Shown piece after piece: positions 12,001 through 25,445 of a stretch of DNA of 64,000 bases (position 1 is its first letter; each line of letters begins with the position of its first letter). Below the pieces are notes generated by a model. That model saw nothing but the letters and a program-made list of their open reading frames with translations, made no database searches and was not told where the DNA came from. Source of the stretch: Macrostomum lignano (taxonomy: Eukaryota). Made by a program: the position numbers and the translations under genes. Where the stretch lies: positions 3,291 to 67,290 of the forward strand of contig NIVC01003968.1 of NCBI GenBank assembly GCA_002269645.1. Reading direction: 5' to 3'.

Positions 12001-13038
12001 GCAAATGCATAATTATGATGCTAATACGAGCTGTTTTTATCGATTGATGTCAAGAACTGGCAAGTAGTTGCGCTAATAGCGTCGCTGTTGCTTGTGCTCA
12101 AAAACAGACTATGCAGCATTAAATTCAGAGAAAAAGCTACCCTGCCTTATTAGCTGCCGATTGATAAACCCGTACCTGTGCCATCGTTGACCTATTGAAA
12201 ACTATGTACAGGTAAAAGAGCGGCTAGTATTCGTTAAATGACTTTTTGTTTCTTTGACAGCAAAGAAGCGAAGCAGTACATACCAAACTTATTCATGCAA
12301 CTGAAGCAAGCAGGTCGCTTCTGCAAGCATTCGAGTCATTGAAACAGATGACCCGAGACCGAAATTATTAGACTTGTCTCAGGGGGACTACAGAGGTTTC
12401 TTACAACTTTTCTTACTACAAGGTTTCTTAAAGACAAACAACATACGTTGCGTTGGAAGAATTGCGTCGAATCGAAGAGGGACTACGTCGAGAAGTGTGA
12501 CAACTTTGAAGACTCTGATTCACTGTGTTTGCTAGGGCAAAAAGTCTCAGAACTTTCGGAACGCCCCTCGTGCAAGAACTTGGTTCAATTCGCCACAGAA
12601 AATTCTATATGCGGTTGAAAAGTGTTTTACCAATAGGAATAAAATACCAAGTAAGTGTCAATATTCAAATTGAGAGTAATCTGTAAACGAGTGTAGAGTA
12701 GTACACTGAAAATAAGTTTACAAAACTGGAGTTGCGCAATTAGCTAAAAAATAACTTAACAAAGACAATCATTCGATAGCTAGTCAACACTTTTGATGGA
12801 CCTCATTCAGATGAAAATTAAGTAGTTTTGGCAACAGAGCAGAATGTGAACAGAATTGAATAAAAAACGAAAAAAAGATTTTAGCAGCGGCTAGAGACAT
12901 TTCAAAACGAATTTTCATGTTGTGAATAATTTTGTTTTTAAGAAGGGTTTTTCCAAAAAATATCATGTTTAAGTAAAACAGATTAGGTGCTATTATTTTA
13001 GGGGAGGCAATTTTATTTTATGATTTAATTATTAACAT

Positions 13039-14503
<1,465 letters not shown>

Positions 14504-14545
14504 CTAATTCCGTTTCAGCATTACTGTCGCTCCGAATCCACTTCA

Positions 14546-15331
14546 TCACGTCGTTTTGTGCAGATACTTCGTCCAGTGCAAATTCTCCGTTTCGTTGGCA
14601 GAAAAGTCTGATCCGTCGAGCGGTAGGCTGGCGTCAAAGTGAGGCAGCAGGACGCACTGCCTCCTTGTCGGATGCCAGTAGAATCCGACGCAGTCGTTAA
14701 AATCGAACTGAAAGCAAGTCAAGGTGCAATCAGCGAGAGTCTTGGCAGCCGGCACCTTGATCCAGCAACCAGGGTCAAGTTGATGGCGCACGGCGATTTC
14801 CACTCGCACGAATTTTCCGCTGTCCAGTTTTGTCGTCAACCGATCGGCCGCAGCACTGTCCGAGTAGCAGTACACAAAGTGGGTCGCTGAGCATGAATCA
14901 TCTCTCAGCTGTCCGTTTGTGCTGGAATATGTCGTTACGCAGTCCTGGTTGTAGGCATTATTTGGCTCGTTTGTCTCAAAGTAGTTTTCGGTTCCCGTCG
15001 TTACGTCGCCATCCTTGATCCATATCCAACCAGCTTTGCTCTTGTCTCTCTCATCGAGCGCGTCGACCAATCCGACCCACCACTGCTCGGGTGGAATGTT
15101 GCCGGCTGACTTCATGTCGTCATACACCGTCTTGCTGATCATCTCCTGGCCGTTGGAGTGGCACACTTTAACCGCCTCGCAGAAAGTCCTTCTGACATCG
15201 GTGTACTTCTTGACGCACCACGGCTTCGAAGTGTGGCCAACCTGGGTCATGTCAGGTGGACAAGACGACGCAGTAAGCATCACCAGCTGAGCAGCCAGCA
15301 GAGGAATCGAGAGATAAGCTACAAAGCTCAT
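14546..15331 (-). CDS. Secreted C-type lectin + PAN-like domain, intronless (copy 2, 261 aa)
   Basis: The protein is identical to copy 1 over the first ~183 aa and divergent in the C-terminal domain. Confidence 0.9.
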   Translation of the reverse strand: MSFVAYLSIPLLAAQLVMLTASSCPPDMTQVGHTSKPWCVKKYTDVRRTFCEAVKVCHSNGQEMISKTVYDDMKSAGNIPPEQWWVGLVDALDERDKSKAGWIWIKDGDVTTGTENYFETNEPNNAYNQDCVTTYSSTNGQLRDDSCSATHFVYCYSDSAAADRLTTKLDSGKFVRVEIAVRHQLDPGCWIKVPAAKTLADCTLTCFQFDFNDCVGFYWHPTRRQCVLLPHFDASLPLDGSDFSANETENLHWTKYLHKTT

Positions 15332-17879
15332 GCTATTGGAGAAGTCAGTTTGTCTAAGTTAGAAATTTGCAAGTCTCGCCAGAAGCTTTCGGTCCACGCT
15401 CCCGACTTTATTTGATACAAGCCAAGGGTTTTCTCTCCCGCATCCGCTTTTTCTACTTTACAAAGCTGTTGGGCGTTGCTAGGAGTAACAATGTCAATTT
15501 AACGCAGCGAGTTTTTTATGATGAAGTTGCGACTTTGTCTTCCGGTTTATCTTACGAGACTTCACCTCCAGTTTACAGGATGCATGGTAGGAAACCCGTT
15601 GATTTTTTATTTAGCCTCACCTGTACGCATGTTTTGTTGTTGAGTGGTCCAAGCTTCGTTTAGGAAGAGCGACAGAACAATTTTCTATGAGAAGAATAGC
15701 AAACACTAAAGATATTTTTACAGATGTCGTTTTTATTGACGCATAATTTTAATGGATTTTAAGTTTTGTTGCATTTTTTCTGATATCCAGATGACATGAC
15801 ATATGAATTATAGACATGGTAGACATGCCTCTTGGCCAGTGAGATCTCTCTCCAGATTCTAAATGCATTAGTACTCCTTGGACATGCGGGGAGTAGCTTG
15901 CGAAAGGAACTAAGCTGATTTCTCTGCCTACCTTGACGGATCATGCCCGCCCCTAATCCGCGCACACAAAGCCAGAGAAAAAGCATCCGTGAAGCAGTGG
16001 CAATAAAACCCAGTATTTCCTTTCCATTGTTTCAGCAGCTGCTATTGTTGCCTTCACAACTGCGACACAGAGGCCGCGAAAAACAATGCAATTTTAGCAA
16101 AGTTTTCGGAAACTATAGAAGATTTTTTTAAATGCAAAAACTAGCTCTTGCAATTTTAAAGCAGGGGTGCGAAAACCAGTGGCTAGAAGCCTACAAAACT
16201 AATTAGAATGAGTCCTGTGGATCGGTCTATGCGGTTGCTGCCCGATGACTAAGCTCGATCTTTGGCCACATACGAGTATATTATAAAGTAGCAAGTCCAT
16301 GAAAGCCACCACATAAGCGTCTACTGCATTATCATCTCCTTAGTGTTTTCCTAACTGGTATTTGTTGCCTCTTTCTAGCGCAGAATTTTGCTTGAGTGGA
16401 TGAACGGTTTAGCAAACTATATGTTTGTTTAAAAAGCCTTCATGAAAAGACCCTACTAAAACTGTTTGGCTAGTCTTTTAGGAATGTAATTTTTCCTCTT
16501 TGAAAAATTCTGCCAAATTTTACGAACTAGAGAAAGGAATCATTTCAGCCTTTGCTGAAATGCTTTGCTTTGCGTTCGCTCCCCGGAAAATGATAGCTAG
16601 AAGTGATCTTTGTTTAATTTTTTGTCTTACTTTTGTCTTCGGAGAAATTCCTCTATCGATTTTTCCGAGAAACCTATGCGCTTCTATAAGCAAGGCAAGC
16701 TAGATAGCCCTGCTATAGCAGGAAATACTGATGATGACAATGGGCTGGGTTTTCTTGCGCAAAGTTTGAAAATCTTCAAAACAAAAGAGAAGCGAGGAAG
16801 TTCCACAAACTTGGTAGAGGTTGGAAAACATAAAAAGCAAAAATATCAGCTGACTCTTTTGTTAAAAACATCGAACTCAAATTTTGGGAGTCTTGAGACT
16901 GGCTCTAAACCATGCAGGGACCATTAGAAAACTGTAGCTACCTGGACTAGAAACAACCTCCACGAATACACGCGTTACTAACAGAGACTTTACGAAACTC
17001 AAGATTTTAATTCATTCCCGCCTTAGCATCTTTTTTAGTGTCCAATGAAAACAGGGCAAAGAAGTTGAATTTCTTGAGTTTTAAAATACGAGTAGCCATG
17101 GGAGCGTAAAACGTGATTACCAAGGTAAAAACTGGATAAGATTTTGCGAAAGTCTTATTAATAATCTCATTTTAATCTTCTACTCGTAACCAGGGACTGT
17201 CCTAAAAAGCAGCCAAATTTTGTGCAATAAACATTTTCACTTGATTTGTATTCAAAATACTGGTAAGTATGGGACTACGTGGACTTGATAATACTGCTCA
17301 CAGAGCTGTTACATACAGACTCAGCTTGTCTCCAACTCACTAAAGAAGAGCAAAGTTCTTAGTGCTCACACCTGCACTACGTGTTTGTACAAGCACAAAC
17401 AGCGCTGACTGGTACTTGGAAATTTATATCTACTAATGTAAGAGCTTTGGACACCTGATTATTTTTATCTCGTGTGCAGCGCAAGTTCGGTTGCATAAGC
17501 AAGGCAAAATTAGCTCGTAGACAAGTCACATTGATTGCTTTTTTGAGATGCTGGGAACAGAATTTTTTGTTAATCTGGGTAGCGGAAATCTTTCCATATA
17601 TTTTGTCGAGTTGATTCGAGTATTATTAGTTTTTAGAAAGGATAAAGCGGATATAATAAATATAAGCACTACAAATACGGAATAAATTTAGATTTAAAGT
17701 AAGGTGTAAGGTTGATATTGATAGAGAGCTTAACTGTAAGATAATAACATTTTTACTAAAAAGGGCTTTAACAGAAGTTCGTAAAAATGGTGAAGCTTAT
17801 ATTGAAACTTTAGAAACTCTAAAAGTGAGTTAAGTGTTTGTTATTAATTTTAAGTTTTCATATCCTCTTCTCTGTCGGT

Positions 17880-18652
17880 TCAAAACTCTGTGCGACGGTA
17901 CTTCGTCCACTGCATCTGCTCCGTTTCGTTGGCAGAAAAGTCGGAGATGTCAAGCGGCAGGCTGGCGTCAAAGTACGGCAGCAGGACGCACTGCCTCCTT
18001 GTCGGGTGCCAGTAGAAGCCGACGCAGTCACCGAACTCGAACTCAAGACAAGCCATGGTGCACTCGAGGCGGCTCATTCTGATCGACTGGTTCTTCCAAC
18101 AGCCCGGGTCGGGTTGCACGCGTTCCTTAATCTCCACGAGATGGAATTCTCCGTTGTCCGGCCTTTTAGCTGCTCGGTTTGCCGCAGTGGCGTCCTGGTA
18201 GCAGTAGAATGGATAAGCTTCAGAGCATGTCTCGTCCCTCAGCATTTTTTTCGATCCGGTAGTTGTCATGCAGTCTTGGAGGCTCTTATCATTAGGTTCT
18301 CCATCAAAGTAGTCCTCGGTGCCATCCGTTACTTGGCCATCCTTAATCCACACCCAGCGGTCTTTGTGCCTATACCTCTCTCGTTAAGCGCATCGACCAA
18401 TCCAACCCACCATTCTCTGCCAGGAATGCTATTGCTGATCTTCATGGCGTCGAACACAGGCTTGCTGACCATCTCCTGACCGTTTTCGTGGCAGGTTTTT
18501 ACCGCGTCGCAGAATGACTTTTGTAGACTGTACTCCTTAACGCACCAGGGCTGCTCAGGGGTTCCAACCTCAGTCATGTCGGAGGGGCAAGCCGACTCAG
18601 TGACATGAGCGGCCAGCAGTGGCAACAGAAGCAAAGCTATGGGACTAAACAT
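17880..18652 (-). CDS. C-type lectin + PAN-like domain (copy 3), with a 1-nt frameshift near 18360 (error or pseudogene)
   Basis: MFSPIALLLLPLLAAH...WWVGLVDALNERG continues in another frame as WVWIKDG...EPNDKSLQDC...CVGFYWHPTRRQCVLLPYFDASLP. One inserted base restores a full-length paralog. Confidence 0.8.
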
Positions 18653-19616
18653 GTCCTGTTTGATGGCTTCAATCCACATGAAAAGAAAAGTTTACCGAAG
18701 CATAAAACTTCTTTCAAAGTCAGCTTTTAAGGCTCCGCTATGGCCCGTTGTTTTTTAACTTTCATCCCCGATCCCGATACTCCTTTCTCACGGCCAAACA
18801 GCAGAGTTTGAGCTTGGTTGCCATGCCTCGAATTTCCGTATGCAAAAAACTGTGATGCAGCTACGGAAGATTCCTGACTCTCTGACTTCCCTTCAGTTAT
18901 TGATCCGAAAGCCAATGACTCTATGCATCGGTAGGCAATCAGACTATTCATTGCTTTGTAGAAAGGATGAGCGAAAACGATTAGGAGGCAAGCATTTAGA
19001 AAGCAACACTGCACAGAGCGTTTGTAGTTGATAGGACCTGTGCGAACCAGTTACATGTAATTCTAATACGTGGAATTGTGAGCATACATGCAATTTAGCT
19101 ACTTACATAAATGTTTTTAAACCCTGATTTATTTGGCTTATCTTCAAGGCCTGTCAAAAGATACGCTTTTTGTACTTTTATGCTGGTAGCGACAGGCAGA
19201 TAACGTAACTGATTTTACCGTTTTCTTACACTCGGGGTCTTGGCAGTTTTCTAAAAATAATTAACACGTGAAAGGTTCAGATAAAGTCAGTGTTTCTGCT
19301 TTTGGCTATTTTGTTATGGAGACATGGCGATGGTACATTTAATCAGATGATTGTACGCTCAACCGATGCGATGGTGCATCATATTTATCCACCACAGAAT
19401 GCCAAGAGATTCGCATCCTTGATTTCTCACGCAGATTTCTGAAGACGGAGTCAATTAAAAACTTCATTTCAACACAATAAAAAAGCGAAGCATGGGCTAA
19501 TAAAAACATTCGAAGCAAGCAAGTACAAATGAAAAACTGCATCAAATATTAAAAGTAAGCGAGAAGTGCATAATTTCAGAAAAATATATCCGTCAAAGTA
19601 TTCTCAAATAAAGGAT

Positions 19617-21296
19617 TCAAGCCAAGATTGTGGCATTGAAACTTGGCTGCATCGACGAGGCGTCGATGACAATCGCAGACGCATTGCCATGGTGACCGCT
19701 TTCGTCAGGCACCTGCGGGGGAACCAGCAGGCGTAGCGTCAGGGACGCCGCTAACAGAGTCACCAGGCCGAACAGCACGGGCAGCTTTGAGCGGACCGCG
19801 TTGCGCTGCTTTGCGCCATTAGTTGACGCGCTTAGAAGATAAGAGGACGCCGCCTTGGCCGTGTTCTCCTGGCTCCCGGTCGGCTCCGATGGCTCGGGCT
19901 CCGGCAGGAGAGGTCGCCGCTCGCTAATCAGCTCCATGTCGGTCTCCATCTCGGCGTTGAAGTGGGCGGTCGTGGCTCGACCTCGCCAGTCGAGGCGTAG
20001 CGCGCAGATGGCCAGCAGGATGAAGAATGAGACAGATGAAGTGGCGAAGCCGACCCAGAGACCGTTGAGTTCCCAGCCAGCGGCGAAGGCGAGAGAAATT
20101 CCTAATGGAGCGCCGATCACATAGTAGCCGATGAGGTTCATGAGCATCGTGTGCAGATGGCAGTTGCACGCTCTCAGGGCGGCTATGCTGGGATAGGCAG
20201 CTAGTTGAAAGGCCGTATAGATTGACAGGTATGGCGACATTGCCACATACAGCTCTGAGGCTTCGGGTTCCATAGAGAAGATCCGAGGCACCTCGTAGCG
20301 CAGTAGGAAGAAGATTATTCCAATCACGGCGCCTACGGCGCTCATGAAAGCGAGGCTAGTAAGCACTAGCCGGGCCGCTTTTTCGGGCTGCTGGGTGCTC
20401 AAGTAGTAGCCGATGCGAGAGATGAGGGCGCTTCCGATGCCTACCGGGATGAGGAAAGCGATGACGTTGAGCTGAAACAGCACTGACTCGGCCGCGATCT
20501 CCGCTTTACCGATTAGTCCGGCCAGGAAGTTGCCGTACTCTGTGCCAAAGATCCAGAGAGTCTGGGTGAGCAGGCAGGGCATCACAGTGAGCAAAAACTT
20601 GCCCCAGTCCATGAAGGCGCGAGTGGACCAGCCCGACCAAGTGTCGCGGTGGATGTTCAGACCCCAGATAAAGGCGGTCTGCAGTATTGGAAGCAAGCAG
20701 AGACTAATTGAGAGGCCGAGAGCCGAGCCTGTAAGTCCCAGACCGGCTACTGTCACCAGTAAATACTGCAGCAGAGTGTTGACCCCGAGGCAGACGCCCC
20801 GAACGACGAATGTAGGCCAGAGGTAGCCGACCGCATCAGTGTAGGCAACGAGAGCGTCATTCAGGTTCATGGCCAAGCTGCCAGGCATTAAGATGATGAG
20901 AAAACGCTCGGCTTTGACTGAAATAACCGGGTCTTGGCCCAACAGGATAAGCAGGTTACCCGCGTTCATGACTAACGTCCAGTTAAAGCAGGTCAGCAGC
21001 ACGGAGGTCAACAGTCCGCGCTGTACAAAGTTGCCAACACGATGCTTCTTGCTACCGCCGATGGTCTGCGCTAGAAATGGCATGAGGCCCCAGCGCACCG
21101 AGGAAGCGCAATTCTCCACCGTCAGCTGCTGGATGGACAGCGCTAGGCCGGCCGCGTCCAGATCCTCCGTGCCTAAAACGCCGCAAAAGGCGAGCGTGAC
21201 TGGCATCATCATAGAGTAGAACAGCTGAGTGGCAGACATCGGCATGCCGCGCCGCATGATCCAGGCCAACTCGCGGGCGCTCTCGACGACTGTCAT
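19617..21296 (-). CDS. SLC47A: MATE (SLC47-like) multidrug efflux transporter, intronless, copy 1 (559 aa from ATG 21296)
   Basis: Multi-TM protein with QTIGG...VGNFVQRG, LGQDPVIS, TWSGWS...DWGKFL, IGYYVIGAPLG and GLWVG motifs plus an extra C-terminal TM. The ORF-track GTG start at 21377 lies near the TATA box, so the ATG is preferred. Confidence 0.9.
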   Translation of the reverse strand: MTVVESARELAWIMRRGMPMSATQLFYSMMMPVTLAFCGVLGTEDLDAAGLALSIQQLTVENCASSVRWGLMPFLAQTIGGSKKHRVGNFVQRGLLTSVLLTCFNWTLVMNAGNLLILLGQDPVISVKAERFLIILMPGSLAMNLNDALVAYTDAVGYLWPTFVVRGVCLGVNTLLQYLLVTVAGLGLTGSALGLSISLCLLPILQTAFIWGLNIHRDTWSGWSTRAFMDWGKFLLTVMPCLLTQTLWIFGTEYGNFLAGLIGKAEIAAESVLFQLNVIAFLIPVGIGSALISRIGYYLSTQQPEKAARLVLTSLAFMSAVGAVIGIIFFLLRYEVPRIFSMEPEASELYVAMSPYLSIYTAFQLAAYPSIAALRACNCHLHTMLMNLIGYYVIGAPLGISLAFAAGWELNGLWVGFATSSVSFFILLAICALRLDWRGRATTAHFNAEMETDMELISERRPLLPEPEPSEPTGSQENTAKAASSYLLSASTNGAKQRNAVRSKLPVLFGLVTLLAASLTLRLLVPPQVPDESGHHGNASAIVIDASSMQPSFNATILA

Positions 21297-21396
21297 GTCT
21301 GCAGACTGAAGCTGATTGCTGGTTGCTGATTTTACGCCCGATACGCAAACTAAGCGAATGAATATTGTTACTTTCACTTGCCTAATGCAATTGGCC

Positions 21397-21404
21397 TATT
21401 TATA
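21397..21404 (-). promoter_or_regulatory. Putative TATA box of MATE copy 1
   Basis: TATAAATA on the minus strand about 100 nt upstream of the ATG; conserved in copy 2 at 23697-23704. Confidence 0.5.
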
Positions 21405-21916
21405 AACTAGTTTTTCCAGACCAGTTTCGCTAAACTGCCTTGTATCCCATGGAAACGAGTTTGATCTCACTTTATCACAACTGCTTTTCTGGTAGCTACA
21501 ATTAGATAACGTAACTGATTTTACCGTTTTCCAACCCCTAAGGTGCTGGCACTTTTCTAAAAATAAATAACACGTGAAAATATCAAATAAACGTCTGGAT
21601 TTCTGCTTTTGGCTATTTTGTTATGGAGACATGGCGATGGTACATTTAATCAGATGATTGTACGCTCAACCGATGCGATGGTGCATCATATTTATCCACC
21701 ACAGAATGCCAAGAGATTCGCATCCTTGATTTCTCACGCAGATTTCTGAAGACGGAGTCAATTAAAAACTTCATTTTAACGCAATAAAAAAGCGAAGCAT
21801 GGGCTAATAAAAACATTCGAAGCAAGTACAAAAAAATTGCATCAAACATTGAAAGTAAGCGAGAAGTGCATAATTTCAGAAAAATATATCCGTCAAAGTA
21901 TTCTCAAATAAAGGAT

Positions 21917-23596
21917 TCAAGCCAAGACTGTGGCATTGAAACTTGGCTGCATCGACGAGGCGTCGATGACAATCGCAGACGCGTTCCCATGGTGACCGCT
22001 TTCGCCAGGCACCCGCGGCGGCACAAGCAGGCGTAGCGTCAGGGACGCCGCTAGCACAGTCACAAGGCCGAATAGCACGGGCAGCTTGGAGCGGACCGCG
22101 TTGCGCTGCTTTGCGCCATTAGTTGACGCGCTCAGAAGATAAGAGGACGCCACCTTGGCCGTGTTCTCCTGGCTCCCGGTCGGCTCCGATGGCTCGGGCT
22201 CCGGTAGAAGAGGTCGCCGCTCGCTAATCAGCTCCATGTCGGTCTCCATCTCGGCGTTGAAGTGGGCGGCAGTGGCTCGACCTCGCCAGTCGAGGCGTAG
22301 CGCGCAGATGGCCAGCAGGATGAAGAATGAGACAGATGAAGTGGCGAAGCCGACCCAGAGGCCGTTGAGTCCCCAGCCGGCGGCGAAGGCGAGAGAAATT
22401 CCCAATGGAGCGCCGATAACATAGTAGCCGATGACGTTCATGAGCAACGTGTGCAGATGGCTGTTGCACGCTCTTAATGCGGCTATGCTGGGATAGGCAG
22501 CTAGTTGAAAGGCCGTATAGATTGACAGGTATGGAGACATTGCCACATACAGCTCTGTGGCTTCGGGTTCCAGAGAGAAGATCCGAGGCACCTCATAGCG
22601 CAGTAGGAAGAAGATTATTCCAATCACGGCGCCCATAGTGCCCATAAAGGCCAGGCTAGTAAGCACTAGCCGGACCAATTTTTCGGGCTGCTGGGTGCTC
22701 AAATAGTAGCCGATGCGAGAGATGAGGGCGCTTCCGATGCCTACCGGGATGAGGAAAGCGATGACGTTGAGCTGGAACAGCACTGACTCGGCCGCGATCT
22801 CCGCTTTGCCTATCAGTCCGGCCAGAAAGTTGCCGTACTCTGTGCCTAAGTACCACAGAGACTGGGTGAGCAGGCAGGGCATCACGGTGTACAAAAACTT
22901 GCCCCAGTCCATGAAGGCGCGAGTGGACCAGCCCGACCAAGTGTCGCGGTGGATGTTCAGACCCCAGATAAAGGCGGTCTGGAGTATTGGAAGCAAGCAG
23001 AGACTAATTGAGAGGCCAAGAGCCGAGCCTGTAAGTCCCAAACCGGCTACTGTCACCAGTAAATACTGCAGCAGAGTGTTGGCGCCGAGGGAGACGCACC
23101 GAACGACAAATGTAGGCCAGAGGTAGCCGACCGCATCAGTGTAGGCGTTGAGAGCGTCGTACAGGTTCATGGACAAGCTGCCGGGCATTAGGATTATGAG
23201 AAAACGCTCGGCTTTGACTGAAATAACCGGGTCTTGGCCCAACAGGATAAGCAGGTTACCCGCGTTCATGACTAACGTCCAGTTAAAGCAGGTCAGCAGC
23301 ACAGAGGTCAACAGTCCGCGCTGTACAAAGTTGCCAACACGATGCTTCTTGCTACCGCCGATGGTCTGCGCTAGAAATGGCATGAGGCCCCAGCGCACCG
23401 AGGAAGCGCAATTCTCCACCGTCAGCTGAAAGATGGACAGCGATAGTCCGGCCGCGTCTAGATCCTCCGTGCCTAACGCACCGCAAAAGGCGAGCGTGAC
23501 TGGCATCATCATGCAGTAGAACAGCTGAGTGGCAGACATCGGCATGCCGCGCCGCATGATCCAGGCCAACTCGCGGGCGCTCTCGACGACTGTCAT
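21917..23596 (-). CDS. SLC47A: MATE (SLC47-like) transporter, intronless, copy 2 (559 aa)
   Basis: Near-identical tandem paralog of 19617-21296. Confidence 0.9.
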   Translation of the reverse strand: MTVVESARELAWIMRRGMPMSATQLFYCMMMPVTLAFCGALGTEDLDAAGLSLSIFQLTVENCASSVRWGLMPFLAQTIGGSKKHRVGNFVQRGLLTSVLLTCFNWTLVMNAGNLLILLGQDPVISVKAERFLIILMPGSLSMNLYDALNAYTDAVGYLWPTFVVRCVSLGANTLLQYLLVTVAGLGLTGSALGLSISLCLLPILQTAFIWGLNIHRDTWSGWSTRAFMDWGKFLYTVMPCLLTQSLWYLGTEYGNFLAGLIGKAEIAAESVLFQLNVIAFLIPVGIGSALISRIGYYLSTQQPEKLVRLVLTSLAFMGTMGAVIGIIFFLLRYEVPRIFSLEPEATELYVAMSPYLSIYTAFQLAAYPSIAALRACNSHLHTLLMNVIGYYVIGAPLGISLAFAAGWGLNGLWVGFATSSVSFFILLAICALRLDWRGRATAAHFNAEMETDMELISERRPLLPEPEPSEPTGSQENTAKVASSYLLSASTNGAKQRNAVRSKLPVLFGLVTVLAASLTLRLLVPPRVPGESGHHGNASAIVIDASSMQPSFNATVLA

Positions 23597-24859
23597 GTCT
23601 GCAGGCTGAAGCTGATTGCTGATTGCTGATTTTATGCTCGATATACGTATTAAACGAATGAATATTGTTGCTTTCACTTGCGCGGTGCAGCTGGCGTATT
23701 TATAAACTAGTTTTTCCAGACCAGTTTCGCCTAACTGCCTGGTATCCCGTAGAAACGAGTTTGTTCACGCTTTCTCGCAACTAGTTTTCTAAAATTAGTC
23801 CTTTACGACGATAATTTTGGAATTAAAGTTAAACCGGAAATTGGGAGGGGAGAATGTAGCAGCCAGTTTGAGGCACTCAGGCAGCTTCACTAGTGAGAGT
23901 CTCTGCATCGGCAGACGAGAGTAGCCCACACGTTTGCTAGTAGGTCAAAGGTAGAAAGTTTCACGTGTTTCGTTATCAGTTCATGCAACTGTCGCAACTG
24001 CACGCTATGAGGGTGTGGGAACACTGGCGTGAGCAGACAGGCCTGAAGAGTTTGCATCGAATGCTCGTGCGTCTGGAGTGGATTGCACACCAGTTTTTGC
24101 CAGTTTAGAACCAGTTTTCTATCTGATTAGCAAAAAGTTATTTCAAGTGCAAGCAGGGGTCATATAAAGTGACCTACTATTTTGTCGTAGGTAGTGACAA
24201 GAATTTAATGGAGCCACTATCTTATTGACTCGTAATATGCATGTACTTTCTTTATTTAACAAACGAAGTCAATGTTGACCTTCTCAACAATTCGCATCAT
24301 CATATAGCCGTTCAGTACCAGGAAGTCTTTTCATTCCAGAGCATTTGAAAACCGCAGTAACCGCAGGCGAATTCCGCATATGAGGGGTGAACAAAAATTT
24401 TCTGGATTTGAACAGATAGTTAATGGGCTACTGACAATCAATGTACAAGAAGAGTTGGACAACGCTCAGAGAGAGCACTCGCCATTTGTGGTAGGCACTG
24501 GTTGGGATACCCCACACCAGTGACTGTGACCTGCTGCACAAGTAACACCATGGCTGAATGGCCGGCTTAGTCGCAAAATTGCTTCCATTTGCTCAGCGAC
24601 ACAAAGGTGGGGTGCTTCCTATTGGAATCCCCTAGGGCCGACTGCTACGTTGTCTCTAGGTCAAATTTGTAGATCCAGGACTCATCGCCACTGAAGATTT
24701 CCCAGAACGAGTGGGAATGACCGAGTATGTTGCGGCACGACGTCACTAAGGCCTGTTTTTACTCCTTGGTACTTGATCCTTTGCTCTTTGATGAGGTATC
24801 CGGCGGGCCGAAATCTTTCTGAGATGAAGCTTCGTTGAGAATCGTTGGGATGTAAATCT

Positions 24860-25445
24860 GAGAAAAATCTGATGGTGAACTTTCAGAAGTGCCAGTGGAA
24901 CAAGACGCGAGTGAATTTCTCGGGGTTCGTGGTGGATAACGGAAAAGTATACCAGAACGAGGACAAGGTTCAAGCCATCAAGAGCATGTCACTACCTAAG
25001 AATTTAATGAAGCTGGAGTCCTGGCTCGGGCTTGTCAACTTCTGTGCCAAGATTTTTTCAAGACATTCAAGACATGACAGCACCGTTGGTTCGTCTGAAG
25101 CAGGAGGATGTGGTGTTCCGTTGGGTACCAGCCGAGATGAGCACACACCAGATGATACAGCAATCCATTTTCAAAAACACCGTACTGCGACCTCATGACC
25201 TCAATCTGCCTTTGAACTGGAAGTAGATGCTTCAGGAATGTCTCTTGGAGGTGTTCTTAGTCAGGAAGGTCAGCCTCATGTTCTGTTTAAAAGCAAGATT
25301 CTATTTCAGGCAGAGACGAAGACGAATTACTCCCAGATAGAGCGGGAGGCTCTCGCTATCGTGTGTGGAATTCATAATGCCACATGTTTCTATGCGGCAG
25401 CTAGACTGCAGAGATGGGCCATTATCCTGACTGCGTATGATTGAG
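24860..25445 (+). mobile_element. Degenerate Ty3/gypsy pol relic (RT end + RNase H)
   Basis: Frameshifted fragments KCQW..VNFSGFVV, KVQAIKSM..PKN...SWLGLVNF, ELEVDASGMSLGGVLSQ, NYSQIEREALAIV and RLQRWAIIL..YD. Confidence 0.8.

Larger units (their letters stand above)
19199..23790. repeat. Tandem duplication of a ~2.3-kb unit, each carrying one MATE gene with its flanks
   Basis: Matching flanks: AGATAACGTAACTGATTTTACCG at about 19199 and 21503; TATTTATAAACTAGTTTTTTCCAGACC at about 21397 and 23697. Confidence 0.9.
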
